A stretch of 32,000 nt of DNA from Enterobacterales bacterium endosymbiont of Anomoneura mori (GCF_047159375.1 NZ_AP031381.1:90001-122000); one strand, 5' to 3'. Shown: positions 10,569 through 20,414, numbered from the stretch's first letter. Translations and numbers: made by a program. The notes: generated from the letters alone by a model not told the origin.

Positions 10569-11882
10569 ATGATATGTAATAAATATAATATAATAACTAA
10601 AAAAAATATTTTCAAAAAATATTTAAAATTACATAAAAATAAAAGTTTATTGAAATTTTTAACTTGTGGAAGTGTAGATGATGGTAAAAGTACTCTTATA
10701 GGTCGTCTTTTACATGATACTAAACAAATTTGTGAAGATCATTTATTTGAATTAAAAAAAGATATTAAAGGTACACAAGGTTCAAAATTAGATTTATCTT
10801 TATTAGTTGATGGTTTAGAAGCAGAAAGAGAACAAGGTATAACTATTGATATTGCATATAGATATTTTTCAACTGAAAAACGTAAATTTATTATAGCTGA
10901 TACTCCTGGACATGAACAATATACTAGAAATATGGCTACAGCAGCTTCAAATTGTGATTTAGCAATATTATTAATTGATTCAAGAAAAGGTGTTTTAAAA
11001 CAAACACGTAGACATAGTTATATTTGTACATTATTAGGAATACAAAATTTATTAGTAACTATAAATAAAATGGATTTAATAAATTATAATAAATTAATAT
11101 TTAATAAAATTGTTAAAGATTATTTATCTTTTGTAAAATATTTACCTAATAAATTAAATGTTATTTTTATACCAATTTCTGCATTAAATGGTGATAATAT
11201 AATTAAAAAAAGTAATTTTATGAATTGGTATAAAGGTCCAACTATTATAGAAGTTTTAGAAACTGTAGATGTAATAAGTGAATTAGAACTTAAACCATTA
11301 CGTTTTCCTGTTCAATATATTAATAGACCTAATCAAAATTTTCGTGGATATTCAGGAAATATTTCTTCAGGTATTATGAGAGTAGGTCAAAAAATTAAAA
11401 TTTTACCTTATAATATTAAATCAACTATAAAACGTATTGTAACTTTTGATAAAGATTTACCAGATGCAATTGTAGGTGAATCTATTACTTTAGTTTTAGA
11501 AGATAATATTGATATTAGTAAAGGAGATATAATTATTAATGAATTAGATAATATAACATTATCTAATAGAGCATTAATTAAAATTGTTTGGTTAAATGAA
11601 ATTCTATTATCATTAAATGAAATATATAATGTTAAAATATTAGGAAAAAAAATAGAAGCAAAAATTATAACTATTCAATATAAATGTGATGTAAATACAT
11701 TAGTACAATATTCTTCAAATAATATATATTTAAATAATATAGGTTTAATTGAAGTTGTTTTTAATGATTTATTAATATTAGATACTTATTTTAATAATCG
11801 TAATACTGGAAATTTAATTTTTATTAATAAAAATAACAATTCAACAATAGGAGCAGGTTTAATTAAAAAAATTTTTATTTAA
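10569..11882 (+). CDS. cysN: Sulfate adenylyltransferase subunit 1 (GTPase)
   Basis: SLLKFLTCGSVDDGKSTLIGRLLHDT, LVDGLEAEREQGITIDIAYRYFSTEKRKFIIADTPGHEQYTRNMAT and NKMDL match E. coli CysN. The start is set at ATG 10569, 10 nt after the cysD stop. The ORF-track start at 10482 overlaps cysD and aligns to nothing. Confidence 0.93.
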   Translation: MICNKYNIITKKNIFKKYLKLHKNKSLLKFLTCGSVDDGKSTLIGRLLHDTKQICEDHLFELKKDIKGTQGSKLDLSLLVDGLEAEREQGITIDIAYRYFSTEKRKFIIADTPGHEQYTRNMATAASNCDLAILLIDSRKGVLKQTRRHSYICTLLGIQNLLVTINKMDLINYNKLIFNKIVKDYLSFVKYLPNKLNVIFIPISALNGDNIIKKSNFMNWYKGPTIIEVLETVDVISELELKPLRFPVQYINRPNQNFRGYSGNISSGIMRVGQKIKILPYNIKSTIKRIVTFDKDLPDAIVGESITLVLEDNIDISKGDIIINELDNITLSNRALIKIVWLNEILLSLNEIYNVKILGKKIEAKIITIQYKCDVNTLVQYSSNNIYLNNIGLIEVVFNDLLILDTYFNNRNTGNLIFINKNNNSTIGAGLIKKIFI

Positions 11883-11939
11883 ATAATAAATTATTTATTT
11901 AATAAATTTATTATTTTTTATATAATCTAAAAAGGAAAA

Positions 11940-12560
11940 ATGAATAAATTAAATACATTTAAAAATAAAAAAAATATAATTTGGAACAAATCAAAAATTA
12001 ATCAAAAAAAACGTGAAATTAAAAATAAACATAAAAGTGCAGTATTATTATTTACTGGTTTATCTGGTTCTGGAAAATCTACTATTTCAAATGAATTAGA
12101 AAATTTTTTATTTAAAAAAAATATTAATACATATATATTAGATGGTGATAATATTAGATTTGGTTTATGTAATGATTTAGAATTTACAAATAATGATAGA
12201 AATGAAAATATGCGTCGTATAGGAGAAGTATCTAAAATTTTAGCAGATGCTGGATTAATAGTATTAATATCAATTATTGCACCTTTTAGAAAAGGTAGAG
12301 AAAATATTCGTAAAATATTAAAAAATCAAAATTTTTTAGAAATTTTTGTAGATACTCCATTAGAAATATGTAAAATAAGAGATCCTAAAAATTTATATAA
12401 AAAAATGGAAAAAAATAAAATTAAAAATTTTACTGGTTATGATAGTATTTATGAAAAACCTTTAAATCCAGATATATATTTAAATGGTCAAAATTCTATA
12501 AAATCTTTAATATTAATAATTTTTAAAATATTATGTAATAAAAAAATAATTAATTTTTAA
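11940..12560 (+). CDS. cysC: Adenylylsulfate (APS) kinase
   Basis: 206 aa. It has the P-loop FTGLSGSGKSTI plus LDGDNIRFGLCNDLEF, NMRRIGEVSK and SIIAPFR. It follows cysDN as in the E. coli cysDNC operon, and AGGAAA precedes the ATG. Confidence 0.9.
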   Translation: MNKLNTFKNKKNIIWNKSKINQKKREIKNKHKSAVLLFTGLSGSGKSTISNELENFLFKKNINTYILDGDNIRFGLCNDLEFTNNDRNENMRRIGEVSKILADAGLIVLISIIAPFRKGRENIRKILKNQNFLEIFVDTPLEICKIRDPKNLYKKMEKNKIKNFTGYDSIYEKPLNPDIYLNGQNSIKSLILIIFKILCNKKIINF

Positions 12561-12650
12561 TTTTTATTAACAAAAATATTTAAATATTTAATTTATACTT
12601 TTATAAAAAATAAATTAATATATTTAAATAAATTTAAAAAGGAAAAAAAA

Positions 12651-13139
12651 ATGTCAATAAAAGGTATAAATAAAGTAATATTAATTGGTTTTTTAGGGCA
12701 TGACCCTAAAGTGCATTATATGTCAAATGGTAATGCAGTAACTAATTTAAGTATTGCTACTTCAGAAAATTGGAGAGATAAAAAAACTAATGAAAAAAAA
12801 GAAAAAACTGAATGGCATAAAGTTGTTATATATGGTAGATTAGCTGAAATTGCTGGAGAATATCTTAAAAAAGGATCACAAGTATATATTGAAGGATCTT
12901 TACAAACACGTAAATGGATTGATAAAAATAATATTGAAAGATATATAACAGAAATTATAGTTAATATGGGAGGGTTAATGTTAATGTTAAGTAGTCGTAA
13001 TAATAATCAAAAAGACCCACAAGAAATTTTTTGGAATAAAAAAAATGATGATTCTATTTTAAATAATAAAAAAGAATTTAAAAATTCTAATAATATAAAT
13101 AATAATGAAATAAATTTTGAAGATGATATTCCATTTTAA
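12651..13139 (+). CDS. ssb: Single-stranded DNA-binding protein
   Basis: 162 aa. The OB-fold region is [40 protein letters not shown] ... [16 protein letters not shown]. The canonical acidic tail ends in DDIPF. Confidence 0.93.
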   Translation: MSIKGINKVILIGFLGHDPKVHYMSNGNAVTNLSIATSENWRDKKTNEKKEKTEWHKVVIYGRLAEIAGEYLKKGSQVYIEGSLQTRKWIDKNNIERYITEIIVNMGGLMLMLSSRNNNQKDPQEIFWNKKNDDSILNNKKEFKNSNNINNNEINFEDDIPF

Positions 13140-13152
13140 TAAATTAAAATAA

Positions 13153-13172
13153 GGGGATGTTTAAACATCCCT
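13153..13172 (+). terminator. Rho-independent terminator candidate after ssb
   Basis: GGGGATGTTTAAACATCCCT is a perfect GGGATGTTT/AAACATCCC palindrome 14 nt after the ssb stop, followed by T-rich sequence. It is one of very few G/C-anchored stems in the window. Confidence 0.6.
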
Positions 13173-13305
13173 AATATTTATTATTTATAAAATATTTTAA
13201 TTTAATTTAAAATTTTAAATATTATAAAAAATTTTTTAAAAAAAAATATTTTTTAAAAATTTATTAATTAATTATATTTATAATATTAAAAATAAATATA
13301 TTTTG

Positions 13306-13333
13306 TTGTTTTTTTTAAAAATTATTGTATAAT
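13306..13333 (+). promoter_or_regulatory. Possible sigma70 promoter for tktA (TTGTTT-16 nt-TATAAT)
   Basis: A perfect TATAAT at 13328-13333 has TTGTTT 16 nt upstream, about 75 nt before the tktA ATG. Such hexamers occur by chance in this composition, so support is weak. Confidence 0.25.
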
Positions 13334-13409
13334 ATAATTTTTTAAAAAAATATTATTTATTAAAATATTTTAATAATATAAAATTAAAATATTATTTTAA
13401 GGAATAAAA

Positions 13410-15428
13410 ATGATTAATCGTAAAGAATTAGCAAATGCAATTAGAATATTAAGTATTGATGCTATACAAAAAGCAAATTCAGGTCATCCAGGTATGCCTA
13501 TGGGTATGGCAGATATTGCTGAAGTTTTATGGAGAGATTTTTTAATACATAATCCAAATAACCCTTTTTGGTTTAATAGAGATAGATTTATATTATCTAA
13601 CGGTCATGGATCAATGTTATTATATTCTTTATTACATCTTACAGGATATAATTTATCAATAAATGATATTAAAAATTTTAGACAATTAAATTCTAAAACT
13701 CCAGGACATCCTGAATACGAAAAAAATATAAATGGTATAGAAACTACAACAGGTCCTTTAGGACAAGGTTTAGCAAATGGTGTAGGATTTGCAATTGCTG
13801 AACGTATTTTATCAAAAAAATTTAATAAACCAAATTATAAAATTATTAATCATAAAACTTATATATTTATAGGAGATGGATGTTTAATGGAAGGTATTTC
13901 ACATGAAGTTTGTTCTTTAGCAGGTACTTTAAAATTAAATAAAATAATAGTTTTTTATGATAATAATAATATTTCTATTGATGGTAATATTAAAGAATGG
14001 TATAATGAAGATGTTAAAAAACGTTTTGAATCTTATGGTTGGAATGTAATTGATAAAATAAATGGTCATAATAGTGAAGAAATAAAATATGCAATTAAAA
14101 AAGCACATAAATCAAAAAATAAACCAAATTTAATTATATGTAAAACAATTATAGGTTATGGTTCTCCTAATAAAGCTGGAAACAGTGAAGTACATGGTGC
14201 ACCATTAGGTAAAAAAGAAATTTATAATACTAGATTATTATTAAAATGGAAATTTCCAGAATTTATAATTCCTAAAAATATTTATTTAAAATGGGATGCT
14301 AAAGAAAAAGGAAAAAAATTAGAAAATAAATGGAATTTACTTGTTAAAAAATATAGTAAAAAATATCCAGAATTATATATTGAATATAAAAGATGTTTGA
14401 ATAAAAAATTACCTATTAATTTTAATAAAAATATAGATAAATTTATTAAAGATACACAATTAATTTTTAAAAATATAGCAACAAGAAAATCTTCTCAAAA
14501 TACATTAGAATTTTTAGGAAAAATATTACCTGAATTAATAGGAGGATCAGCAGATTTAACACCAAGTAATTTAAGTAATTGGTCAGGTTCAATATCTTTT
14601 AATAATAATAGTTATGGTAATTATATACATTATGGAGTACGTGAATTTGGTATGAGTGCAATTACTAATGGAATAGCTTTACATGGAGGTTTATTACCAT
14701 ATTCTGCAACATTTTTAATATTTTTTGAATATGCTCATAATGCAATAAGAATGGCATCATTAATGAATTTACATATAATATTTATTTATACACATGATTC
14801 TATTGGTTTAGGAGAAGATGGTCCTACTCATCAACCTATAGAAACATTATCAAATTTACGTATGATTCCTAATTTATATGTTTGGAGACCTTGTGATGAA
14901 GTTGAAACAGCAATTGCTTGGAAATATGCTATAAAGGAACAAAAACCAATTGCTTTAATTTTAACACGTCAAAATGTTAAACAACAAATACGTAATTTAA
15001 AACAAATAAATAATGTATATAAAGGTGGTTATATAATAAAGGAATGTAATAATTTTCCAGATGTAATATTTATTTCTACTGGTTCAGAATTAGATATAAC
15101 AATAAAATCTTCAAAAAAATTAAAAAAAATAGGAATAAATGTACGTGTTGTTTCATTACCATCTACAAATGTTTTTGAAATTCAAAATAAAAAATATCGT
15201 AAAAAAATATTACCAAAAATAATTAAAAATCGTATTGTAATAGAAGCAAGTTTTAAAGGTTATTGGTATAAATATACAGGATTATATGGAAAAATTATTG
15301 GTATGAAAAATTTTGGAGAATCAGGACCAGCAGAAAAATTATTTAATAAATTTGGTTTTACAATTAATAATATAATAAAAAAAACAAAAAAAATGTTAAT
15401 TAAAAATTATTCAAATAATGACATTTAA
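13410..15428 (+). CDS. tktA: Transketolase
   Basis: 672 aa. RKELANAIRILSIDAIQKANSGHPGMPMGMADIAEVLW, SNGHGSMLLYSLLHLTGY, GDGCLMEGISHE, GSADLTPSN, HYGVREFGM and GEDGPTHQPIE are present. Confidence 0.95.
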   Translation: MINRKELANAIRILSIDAIQKANSGHPGMPMGMADIAEVLWRDFLIHNPNNPFWFNRDRFILSNGHGSMLLYSLLHLTGYNLSINDIKNFRQLNSKTPGHPEYEKNINGIETTTGPLGQGLANGVGFAIAERILSKKFNKPNYKIINHKTYIFIGDGCLMEGISHEVCSLAGTLKLNKIIVFYDNNNISIDGNIKEWYNEDVKKRFESYGWNVIDKINGHNSEEIKYAIKKAHKSKNKPNLIICKTIIGYGSPNKAGNSEVHGAPLGKKEIYNTRLLLKWKFPEFIIPKNIYLKWDAKEKGKKLENKWNLLVKKYSKKYPELYIEYKRCLNKKLPINFNKNIDKFIKDTQLIFKNIATRKSSQNTLEFLGKILPELIGGSADLTPSNLSNWSGSISFNNNSYGNYIHYGVREFGMSAITNGIALHGGLLPYSATFLIFFEYAHNAIRMASLMNLHIIFIYTHDSIGLGEDGPTHQPIETLSNLRMIPNLYVWRPCDEVETAIAWKYAIKEQKPIALILTRQNVKQQIRNLKQINNVYKGGYIIKECNNFPDVIFISTGSELDITIKSSKKLKKIGINVRVVSLPSTNVFEIQNKKYRKKILPKIIKNRIVIEASFKGYWYKYTGLYGKIIGMKNFGESGPAEKLFNKFGFTINNIIKKTKKMLIKNYSNNDI

Positions 15429-15639
15429 AAATTATCAAATAATATAAATTAATTTATAAATATTTTTTAATAAAAAAATTATAAAAAATAAAATAAATAT
15501 ATTTTATATTAATATTAAATAAAATTATTATATTAAATATTTTAAAAAAAATTTTTATTAAATAAATTTTATAATTATAATTATTAATAAAATATTAAAT
15601 ATTTTTATTATTTTTAAAATATTAATATTTAAGGAAAAA

Positions 15640-16698
15640 ATGAATTTTTTAAAAAAAGGTGTTATTTTAGGAAAAAATGTTAAAAAAACATTTGAATTTG
15701 CTAAAAAAAAAAATTTTGCTATACCAGCAATTAATTGTATAAATATAGATTCTATAAATTCTATTTTAGAAATATCAGCAAAAATTAATTTACCTTTAAT
15801 TATTCAATTTTCATATAGAGGATCAATTTTCTTAACTGGAAATGGTTTATTAAAAAAAAAATCTATTACTGAAACAGCTATTTTAGGAGCTGTAACAGGA
15901 GCTAAATATGTTCATAAATTAGCAAAACATTACGGAGCAAATGTTATGTTACATACTGATCACTGTTCAAAAGAATTATTACCATGGATTGATGGTCTTT
16001 TATATGAAAATGAAAAATTTTATAATATAAATAAAAAACCATTATTTTCTTCTCATATGATAGACTTATCAAAAGAAACTATTGACACAAATGTTAAAAT
16101 ATATTCTAAATATTTAAAACGTATGAAAAAAATGGGAATATTATTAGAAATTGAATTAGGTTGTATTGGTGGTGAAGAAGATGGAGTAAATAATAATAAT
16201 ATAGAAAAATCTAATTTTTATACAAATCCAAAAACTGTTTCATATATTTTTAAAAATTTAATAAAAATAAGTTCAAACTTTACAATAGCAGCAGCTTTTG
16301 GAAATGTACATGGTGTATATAAACAAGGAAATGTTAAATTAATTCCAACTATTTTAAAAGATATTCAAAAATATGTTTCAAATAAATTTAATTTACCTAA
16401 AAATAATTTAAATTTTGTTTTTCATGGAGGTTCAGGATCTCTTGAAAAAGATATTAAAGAATCTATTAAATATGGTGTGGTTAAAATAAATATTGATACA
16501 GATATTCAATGGGCTAATTGGTTAGGTATATTAAATTATTATAAAAAATATAAAAATTATTTACAAACACAATTAGGTAATCCTAAAGGAATTAATGAAC
16601 CAAATAAAAAATATTATGATCCAAGAAAATGGATTAGAAATGGACAAAAAAGTATAATTTCACATTTAAAAAAAACAATTAATAAAGTAAAATTATAA
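15640..16698 (+). CDS. fbaA: Fructose-bisphosphate aldolase, class II
   Basis: 352 aa, colinear with E. coli FbaA: FAIPAINC, MLHTDHC, LLPWIDGLL, KPLFSSHMIDLS, LEIELGCIGGEEDGV, FTIAAAFGNVHGVYK, FVFHGGSGS, NIDTDIQWA, PNKKYYDPR. Confidence 0.95.
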   Translation: MNFLKKGVILGKNVKKTFEFAKKKNFAIPAINCINIDSINSILEISAKINLPLIIQFSYRGSIFLTGNGLLKKKSITETAILGAVTGAKYVHKLAKHYGANVMLHTDHCSKELLPWIDGLLYENEKFYNINKKPLFSSHMIDLSKETIDTNVKIYSKYLKRMKKMGILLEIELGCIGGEEDGVNNNNIEKSNFYTNPKTVSYIFKNLIKISSNFTIAAAFGNVHGVYKQGNVKLIPTILKDIQKYVSNKFNLPKNNLNFVFHGGSGSLEKDIKESIKYGVVKINIDTDIQWANWLGILNYYKKYKNYLQTQLGNPKGINEPNKKYYDPRKWIRNGQKSIISHLKKTINKVKL

Positions 16699-16737
16699 TA
16701 AAATATTTAAATAAATTTTTAATTTAAATATTTTATT
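16697..16737. terminator. Possible bidirectional terminator between convergent fbaA and secA (A/T-only hairpin)
   Basis: Perfect 16-bp inverted repeat AATAAAATATTTAAAT / ATTTAAATATTTTATT with a 9-nt loop. It starts in the fbaA stop codon and is followed by TTTTT. It contains no G/C pairs, so stability and function are uncertain. Confidence 0.3.
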
Positions 16738-16786
16738 TTTAATAATTTAAATAATAAAAATTTATAAAATTTTTAAAAATAAATTA

Positions 16787-19261
16787 TTATATTTTAATAA
16801 AATTTGTTTTTGTAATTATATAAAATATTTCATATTTAATAGATTCTAAAATATTTAAAAAAATATAAAAAGATTCACGTTCAAATTCTTGTTTTAAATC
16901 TTTTTGTAAATAAATAAATAAATAAATTCCTTTTTTTAAATTATCTATTAAATATAAATATTCTTTCCATAATAAATCAAATATTTTTAATGTAATATAT
17001 TTTTCAAAATTTCTCATATTTTTAAAACCTATTAATTTTTCTTTTTCAATATAATTAATTTTAAAAATTAATAAAATGTATTTTAATATTTTAATTTTAT
17101 TTTTTTTATTATTTATTTTTTTTAAATATTTAAAATTTAAAAAAAATTCTTTTTTTAAAAATTTTTCTAAATTTATTAAATTTATTTTTTTAAAAAAAAA
17201 TATTCTATAAATATATTGATTAATTATAGATTTTATTACATCTTTTCTAATATTATTAATTATTTTATAAATTTTTAAAGTATTTAAAATTTTATTTCTT
17301 TTATTATAAAAAATAATTCTATGTTCATTAATAATATTATCATATTCTAATAATTGTTTACGAATTTGAAAATTTCTATGATCAATTTTTTTTTGAGCAT
17401 TTTTAATTATTTTTGTTATTAAATTATTTTCAATAAATTCATTTTTCTTAAATCCTAATTTATATATTAAATTAGATATATTATATGAAGAAAAAATACG
17501 AATTAAAGTATCTTCTAATGATAAATAAAATTGTGTAGAACCAGGATCACCTTGTCTACCTGATCTCCCTTTTAATTGATTATCAATACGTCTAGATTCG
17601 TTTCTTTCAGTGCCTATAATATGTAAACCACCAAGTTTAACAATTATATCATGTTTTTTTTTCCAATATATTTTTTTTTTATTATCTATATAATTATTAA
17701 TTTTAAATTTATAATTTCCACCTAATATAATGTCTGTACCACGACCAGCCATATTAGTTGCTATAGTTATTGAACCTTTTTTACCAGCTTTTGAAATTAT
17801 TTCAGATTCTATTAAATGAAATTTAGCATTTAATACTTGATGTTTAATATTATTTTTATTTAATTTTTTTGATAATTTTTCAGAATTTTTTATAGATGTT
17901 GTACCTATTAAAATAGGTTGATTATTTAATTTATAATTTTTAATTTCTTTAATTATAGCATTGTATTTTTCGTTTTCTGTTAAAAAAATTTTATCAGGCA
18001 TATCTTTTCTAATATTTTTACAATTAGTAGGTATTACAATAGTTTCTAAATCATATATTTCTTTAAATTCATTATATTCAGAAAATGCAGTTCCTGACAT
18101 TCCAGATAATTTTTTATATAAAAGAAAATATTTTTGAAATGTAATAGAAGCTAAAATTTGATTTTCATTATTTATATTTAAATTTTCTTTTGCTTCAATA
18201 GCTTGATGTAAACCGTCTGACCATTTTCTATCATTCATAATTCTTCCAGTATGTTCATCAATAATTTCAATTTTATTATTTTTTATAATATAATCAATAT
18301 TATTATTAAATAAAAAATGAGCACGTAAAGCATTATTTATATGATACATTAAATAAATATTTTTTGATAAATAAAGTGATTTTTTATCTTTAATTAAATT
18401 ATTTTTAATTAAAATATCTTCAATTAATATTAATCCATTTTCAGTTAAATATATTTCATTATTTTTTTTATTAATTATAAAAAAATTTTTTTTTTTATAA
18501 TTATTAAATTTTTTATTTTTTTTAATTAAAATTAATATAATTTTATTAATTTTATAATATATTTTAGAAATATTTTTTAAACTAGAAGATATTATTAATG
18601 GTGTTCTAGCTTCATCTATTAATATTGAATCTATTTCATCAATTAAAGCAAAATTTAAACAACGTTGTACTTTTAATATTTTTTTAAATATCATATTATC
18701 ACGTAAATAATCAAAACAAAATTCATTATTAGTACCATATGTAATATCACATAAATATGCTTTTTTTTTTTCTTCTATTGACATATTTGATAAATTTATT
18801 CCAACTGTTAAGCCTAAAAATTCAAATAAAAATTTATTATTTTCAAAATCACGTTTTGCTAAATATTCATTTACTGTTATAACATGTACACCTAAACCAG
18901 TTAAAGCATTTAAATAAATAGGTAAAGTTGATGTTAAAGTTTTACCTTCTCCTGTTTTCATTTCTGCAATACATCTATTATTTAAAATTATACCACCAAA
19001 TAATTGAACATTAAAATGACGTATACCAAAAATTCTTTTACTAACTTCACGAACTATTGCAAAAACTTCTGGTAATATATATTCTAAAGTTTTACCTTTT
19101 TTTAAATATTTTTTAAATTTTTTAGTAAATTTTTTAATTTCTATATTTGATAAATTTTTATAATATAATTCTAAATCATTAATTTTTTTAATAATTCTAT
19201 AAATTTTTTTTAAATTATAATTTTTTTTATTTAATATTTTTTTAATTATTTTATATATCAT
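16787..19261 (-). CDS. secA: Preprotein translocase ATPase SecA (C-terminally shortened)
   Basis: 824 aa. RHFNVQLFGGIILNNRCIAEMKTGEGKTLT, VHVITVNEYLAKRD, DEIDSILIDEARTPLIIS, MSGTA, ATNMAGRGTDI, GGLHIIGTERNESRRIDNQLKGRSGRQGDPGS and RKQLLEYD are present. The protein ends near E. coli residue ~835. Confidence 0.95.
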   Translation of the reverse strand: MIYKIIKKILNKKNYNLKKIYRIIKKINDLELYYKNLSNIEIKKFTKKFKKYLKKGKTLEYILPEVFAIVREVSKRIFGIRHFNVQLFGGIILNNRCIAEMKTGEGKTLTSTLPIYLNALTGLGVHVITVNEYLAKRDFENNKFLFEFLGLTVGINLSNMSIEEKKKAYLCDITYGTNNEFCFDYLRDNMIFKKILKVQRCLNFALIDEIDSILIDEARTPLIISSSLKNISKIYYKINKIILILIKKNKKFNNYKKKNFFIINKKNNEIYLTENGLILIEDILIKNNLIKDKKSLYLSKNIYLMYHINNALRAHFLFNNNIDYIIKNNKIEIIDEHTGRIMNDRKWSDGLHQAIEAKENLNINNENQILASITFQKYFLLYKKLSGMSGTAFSEYNEFKEIYDLETIVIPTNCKNIRKDMPDKIFLTENEKYNAIIKEIKNYKLNNQPILIGTTSIKNSEKLSKKLNKNNIKHQVLNAKFHLIESEIISKAGKKGSITIATNMAGRGTDIILGGNYKFKINNYIDNKKKIYWKKKHDIIVKLGGLHIIGTERNESRRIDNQLKGRSGRQGDPGSTQFYLSLEDTLIRIFSSYNISNLIYKLGFKKNEFIENNLITKIIKNAQKKIDHRNFQIRKQLLEYDNIINEHRIIFYNKRNKILNTLKIYKIINNIRKDVIKSIINQYIYRIFFFKKINLINLEKFLKKEFFLNFKYLKKINNKKNKIKILKYILLIFKINYIEKEKLIGFKNMRNFEKYITLKIFDLLWKEYLYLIDNLKKGIYLFIYLQKDLKQEFERESFYIFLNILESIKYEIFYIITKTNFIKI

Positions 19262-19352
19262 ATTTAAAATTATTAATAATTTTAAAATATAAATAAATTT
19301 TTTATTTTTTTAAAAAATTTATAAATAATAAATATTTTTTAAAAATTTAAAA

Positions 19353-20249
19353 TTATATTTTTTCAGCTATTCTAAGTATTGCACTTCTAGAACGATAATT
19401 ATTTTTAATTTCAAATAATGAAGGTCTAAATTTACCTATAAATTTTAATTTATTTTTTTTAATATTTTTATTATTTTTAATATATTTAATATTATTAAAT
19501 TTAATAAAATTTTTAACAATTCTATCTTCTAAAGAATGATAACTAATAATAGATATTCTTCCTTTATTAGAAAGTAATTTTAAAGAATATTTAAGTGCAC
19601 ACTCTAATTCTTTTAATTCATTATTAATATATATTCTAATTGCTTGAAAACTACGTGTTGCAGGGTGTTTATTTTTTATATTATTTTGATTATAATTTAA
19701 TTTAATTAAATTAGATAATTCTTTAGTATTATTTATTGGTTTTACTTTATTATATTCATATATTGCTTTAGCTAAACGTTTTGAATTTTTTTCTTCACCA
19801 AAATTTTTTAATACAAAATTTAATTTTTTAATATTAGTTGATTTAATCCATTTTAATGCTGTTATTTTTTCTTTTTGATTCATACGCATATCTAAAGGTC
19901 CATTATTAATAAAAGAAAATCCTCTTTTAGGATCATCTAATTGAAAAGAAGATAAACCTAAATCAAATAAAATACCATTTATTTTACCTTCCAATTTTAT
20001 TTTATGTAAATTTGAAAAATTTTGATTAATAAAAAAAAATCTTTTATCTTTTATTTTATTTATAAAATAAATAACTTTTGGATCTTTATCAAATGAAAAT
20101 AATTTGCCTTTTTTTCCTAATTTTGATAAAATCATTTTAGAGTGACCACCACAACCGAATGTAGAATCAATATAAATACCATTTTTTTTAATATTTAAAT
20201 TTTCTATTGATTCTTTTAATAAAACTGAAATATGATATTTTTTTTTCAA
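19353..20249 (-). CDS. rsmH: 16S rRNA (cytosine1402-N4)-methyltransferase
   Basis: 298 aa. HISVLLKESIENL, YIDSTFGCGGHS, FDLGLSSFQLD, RGFSF, GPLDMRM and SYHSLEDRIVK are typical of RsmH/MraW. Confidence 0.9.
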   Translation of the reverse strand: MKKKYHISVLLKESIENLNIKKNGIYIDSTFGCGGHSKMILSKLGKKGKLFSFDKDPKVIYFINKIKDKRFFFINQNFSNLHKIKLEGKINGILFDLGLSSFQLDDPKRGFSFINNGPLDMRMNQKEKITALKWIKSTNIKKLNFVLKNFGEEKNSKRLAKAIYEYNKVKPINNTKELSNLIKLNYNQNNIKNKHPATRSFQAIRIYINNELKELECALKYSLKLLSNKGRISIISYHSLEDRIVKNFIKFNNIKYIKNNKNIKKNKLKFIGKFRPSLFEIKNNYRSRSAILRIAEKI

Positions 20250-20414
20250 AATATTATTTATAAATAATTATAAAATTATTAAATTTTAAATAATTATATT
20301 ATTTAATTTATATAAAATTTTTAAAAATATATAAATATAATTATATTAATAATTTAATTTAAATATAAAAATAATTTAAAATTATTAAATATTTAAATAT
20401 TTTTAAAATTTTAA

